A stretch of 61,391 nt of DNA, the filler included, from Blastocystis sp. subtype 4 (lineage: Eukaryota): assembly GCF_000743755.1 (NCBI RefSeq). It is 6 parts of 6 records of this genome, joined end to end, with 100 filler letters (N's around TTAATTAATTAA, not from the genome) between each part and the next. Parts side by side here need not be neighbours in the genome. Positions count along the whole stretch, not along the records: positions 51,306 to 61,391 come from NW_014569210.1; 5 more parts are not named here. One strand, written 5' to 3'. The notes beneath the pieces are model-generated. The model was not told the origin of the DNA. It saw only the letters and a program-made list of their open reading frames with translations, and did no database searches. The position numbers and the translations under genes were made by a program. Shown here piece by piece: positions 57,313-61,391 of the stretch (positions are counted from its first letter, which is position 1; each line of letters starts with the position of its first letter).

Positions 57313-59744
57313 AGACTTGATCATATTCTGCTCTACACTGAGTCAGCTCATTAGCGAGTGTTTGCGTGGGAACAACATCCTTTGCATAAGGAGTCTACAA
57401 ATCAAGTCCAAATGCATTCTCCCTACACCCTGTAACAATTGAACATATTTGGCATGATAGGAAGAAACCTCATTGGCAAACTACAAATTATCCCATTGCT
57501 CAAATTCAACGGTAATAAAAACATCTACAGATTTGTGTTTGAAATCCTGACGAATCCTCTCGTGAACGGTTCGAATAGAGTCTTTCCAGCTTCCACAGTA
57601 CTTTTGAATATTTTTGATTTCCACAGATGTAAACGAAATAGTGCCTCCTGTCTTGTTGCTGTATTTGTCAACGAGACTAACCAAAGGGGCAAAGTACTTG
57701 GCCATCATCTCCTCAATATACAAATGTAAGCGATCCTGATACAATCGAGTGAAGTCATTCTAGATCTCATATCCTCCTCGATCCTACCTCAACATTCAAG
57801 TGACGGGAAGCATATACCTCAGCAACGTAGAGACAACTATTCAGGATGAATGCTGGCCGTTTCTATGTCTCAACAAAGCATTCCAATCTCACATTCTCCT
57901 TTACACATGAGGCGAGTTTCATCAACAGATTCACCATCTCAAGGGAGAGAGCGTTCACTGACTCTTCCCAGAGATCCTTACTCACATACATGTCGTAGGA
58001 TATTCCCAACACATACACGGAACAAGAGAGTTCAGCAAATCGCCTAACAGAAGGATGTACGTCAGTGGTTACATTGAGATTCTTAGGCTGAACAGGGACA
58101 CTTCGGATGGATTTGAGTTGAATACTCATAAGTTCCTTAAAACGAGAAATACTTTTGCTACGAAGACTGGTCATAAACAGAACAACAAGCCACTTACTTG
58201 AGAAAGAACTCTTGAAGGATGGGCACTCCTTCTTTAGCCAGAGTTTCTACTGACGCTTGTAGCATGATGCAAACTAGCATCACTCCCACAATATCAAACG
58301 TATTTCTGACCCATTGGACTGTCAGTTGGTGAATCACTTCACATGCAGGGCCATAAACATCAATAAACACTTGCGTATCAGGTGGCTGGAAGAACAGGAC
58401 GTCGAAAGCAAACTCGCCCAAGGCGCAATCAAGCAAATGGCGCAACACAGAACGAAGAAGTTCGGGGAAGGTGAGATAACGATTGTCGGCAGCGAGGATT
58501 TGTGGTAGTAGCGGAGGTGAGGAGGCAAAGTCGATAACAGAATGACGGTCAGAAAGAGTGAAGACTGCTTGTAGAAGAGCAGGATCCCCATGGGAACGTT
58601 TCTTGAGGATGGATTTGGATCCAGAGGTCTATAGATGAGGGATAGAAGCATATTCCACCATAATAGTCTCATCAGCAGACCCAATCTCATAAGTTCGATT
58701 CATGAGTCTATGAATGAAACCTCCTACTCTAATATACGCTTTACAATAGTCATGAAATATTCCGTATACAACACTCTTCATGATATCTGTGTATCTGATA
58801 CAAATTTCATCGTAATAGGCAGGAAGATGTGCTTGTAAGAATGCAATACCTCCACTCAGTCGCAATAAAACTTCTTTCTGGAATATTTCGATGTTACTAT
58901 CCCGTTTGATCTCCGAAAACTTACGGAAGACGGCGTCTCGGATTCGGTTCCCACAATGAAGTCTAAGAATGTTTAGATCCATTTTGACCTCCTCAATCGC
59001 CTTCACCGTACTCCGTTTCAACATAACTGCATCCTACATAAGAGCCTATAAGCTTTCCTACATCCACTCCCACACAATCCACAAAGTCCAATCGTTTACC
59101 AAATTCGGCCAGCTGCACGAAAAAGTCATCATTCATCTCTCCCTAACAATAAAGGAAGTCAGAGAAACGGACACTAATAAGAGTGTTGACCATACTCGGC
59201 TTAATCGATAGCTCATTCACCACTTCACGCAACTCCATATCAACAGCTCGCCGATTCTTCAATCGTAACGAAATGCGATCGGATTCATTCTATTCATTAA
59301 TTGAATTAGCAATAACCACTTGAAGATTCCGAATCTCGTCTACAGCTTTGTCTAGATCAGCTTGATATGTCATAATGATACTCTCCATTTCTGCCAAGAT
59401 TAAGGAACATTGCTCCACTTCTCTATTTATAAACAAAAACAATCCCTTCTACAGATGGAGATGAGCAACGTTTACACTCTCTCGAATATAATCTCGGATG
59501 GAGATTTCACTGTATTTCTGCAACTCTTTATCTATTTGCTCTCCATATACCGAGAGATCGACGTTATTCTGTAATGCTTCTTGTACAATCTCTTCCTAAA
59601 CAATAATTTCGTCAATTGACACACTACTTGTTGAAAACGGTCTAGATCTGAACGAAGATCATGAATATCGGTTATTTCTTCCTCGTCTGTCTTTGAACGC
59701 ATATAGATTTCCTCTTCATCACTACTCAAATAGCCAAGTTCCAT
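57313..59744 (-). CDS. VPS52: GARP complex subunit Vps52; stop completed by polyadenylation
   Basis: VQEALQNNVDLSVYGEQIDKEL...SIRDY; FDIVGVML; DVHPSVRRFAELSCS; ends GAT CAA GTC T|GGTC TGTTTGTT. Confidence 0.88.
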
Positions 59745-59841
59745 GATACTTTGGTACTGAAAAGAGGATAGAAATGGGGCCGAAAGGCGCAGTATTGCGA
59801 CAGCGAAAGATACTTCATTTTTTATTTCTAAAAGGCTTCGA

Positions 59842-60110
59842 ATGCAAGAATACACTAGAGAAGAAGTGCTTAAGCACAACACCAAGGAGAGTTGCTGGGT
59901 TGTTGTCGGGAACAATGTGTAAGAATGGTCATGAGAGATGATGGGTTTAGATATGATATGACCAACTTCCTTTCTCAGCATCCTCCTGGTGCTACTATGA
60001 TCCTTAATGTTGCTCAGAAGGGTTCTGATGCTAAAGGAATGTACAATATTCACAGCCCTAAAGCGAAGGCTATGTGGGATTCGTTAAAGATTGGTACTCT
60101 GAAAGCCTAA
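59842..60110 (+). CDS. Small soluble cytochrome b5-like protein (one intron, 59919-59950)
   Basis: MQEYTREEVLKHNTKESCWVVVGNNVYDMTNFLSQHPPGATMIL...IHSPKAKAMWDSLKIGTLKA*. Confidence 0.9.
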
Positions 60111-60149
60111 GTTTGGTCTATTGCTCAAGATGTTTGTTGTTTAACTCTA

Positions 60150-61140
60150 TAGAGCACATGAAATGCTTGATATTATCTAGCATTGATTTTTCTCATTCTC
60201 GGAAGGTGAATCATTTGGGCGGAATCAAGTGACGGCAATCATTTGTGTGGCGTCATTTGCACCGTCATTCCATAATTATCATAAGAATGTTCTTCTTGTT
60301 ACCACTATACAGGGGAGTTTCATCATATGGACAATAATTCGTCACTCTTTCTGCAATAGAACAAAGATTATTTTCCAATAGATACCTAAGAGAAGTTGTC
60401 CTTTATCAAAAATTCGGTTAATTATTCTATCCATTCATGTCTAACATAGAAAGCTGGCCACTATCAGTTGTTGAACATTCCCAACTTGCTAGTATTCGAA
60501 AAAGGGATACGTGAAAGCAGCAAATCCATTAATATAAAAAGAATAGTGTGAAAATAGATTTCATCTGATTCAGTAGTCAACGATTAGTTCATGTGTAGAT
60601 GACGAGGCTCTATTATTTAATAATTCTTCAATAGAATGAACAAGAAGTGTGTATAACCAACAAGAGAAACAGTGGATTCTTAGTATTCCTGTGGTGTTCG
60701 AAGATAAGATATTAATGACGAGATGGATAAGTGAAGTATCAATGAAACAGGAGTAATGGTTATAATAGGATATCATCTCTAGATTGTTCATGATTATCAA
60801 ATAACGCATCTTGTACACCATTTCGTTCACTTTGTATCCTATCTATTTCTTCTACATCCTGCAATTGTGTCAGTAGAATAGATTTCGAATAGAAGTAACA
60901 AAGAACTGTGATGCATTACAATTTCGCAGAACATTATGTGTTATAGTCAAGAACAGTTCAACATATCTATCACTTGTTATTATCTCATCCATTCAGTTAA
61001 CAAAGGCAACTACCGTAGCTTAAATGGTGGTGACTCTAGGTCGGTGTTATTCTAATCTCGTACATTATTACACCAAAATAGTGTTTCATACAGTTTTTGT
61101 GCCTTCTAGGCAGTAATGATAGTTACATAAATGCCATCTA
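60150..61140 (-). CDS. Possible spliced hypothetical gene; boundaries approximate
   Basis: Open stretches (e.g. ORF 60570..60830) broken by intron-sized segments; no recognisable domain. Confidence 0.3.
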
Positions 61141-61244
61141 AATTATACCTGAATAGAAACAATAATCACTGCATAATGTTACAAAAGGCCCCTAATAACA
61201 CCGTCAAATCTCAAAGATTTCTTGCATTCCTTTTCGTTTTAGCC

Positions 61245-61365
61245 ATGTCAGGAGAGAAGAAACAAAAGCCTGAAGAATTGTTAAATAAACTACGTAAATT
61301 GGAGGAGAATAAGCATTGTGTGAATTGTGGAGAGTATGCAAAGTTGGGTCATGCGAATGTTTGTG
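61245..61365 (+). CDS. ArfGAP-domain protein, first exon (continues beyond the window)
   Basis: MSGEKKQKPEELLNKLRKLEENKHCVNCGEYAKLGHANVC, then a gtaag donor; LxxLxxNxxCxxC is the start of the ArfGAP zinc finger. Confidence 0.75.
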
Positions 61366-61391
61366 GTAAGATATGGAAATATGCAAATGAT

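Overview
Eukaryotic, gene-dense DNA with many very short (about 30 nt) GT-AG introns and a TGTTTGTT motif just after gene ends. These traits point to Blastocystis (anaerobic gut stramenopile); the organism call is an inference. The window is six contigs of about 10 kb joined by 100-nt N/TTAATTAATTAA spacers in descending length order, so adjacency across gaps is probably meaningless. Recognisable genes: RNF5/185-like E3 ligase, PDI, CH-domain protein, Sec7 ARF-GEF, divergent Hsp70, RPS9 and RPL8 fragments, two tandem Cys-repeat/GPT-collagen proteins, C2H2 factor, MT-A70 (AMT6/7/MTA9-like) protein, ISY1, Snf7, HAD-like protein, TKL kinase, two inverted putative-Ig surface proteins, nicalin, C2 protein, SRP54, CCT-like protein, CDC40, VPS41, NAA15, VPS52, cytochrome b5 and an ArfGAP. 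Main observations: (1) an RNase MRP RNA gene invisible to the ORF track (45946-46219) with Pol II-type flanks; (2) at least five genes whose stop codon must be made by poly(A) addition 4 nt before TGTTTGTT; (3) a candidate 39-nt U12-type AT-AT intron; (4) a likely subunit of a 6mA DNA methyltransferase complex; (5) lectin-like/collagen hybrid surface proteins; (6) a 99-bp inverted repeat at both ends of one contig. Exon boundaries were read by eye and are approximate unless stated.
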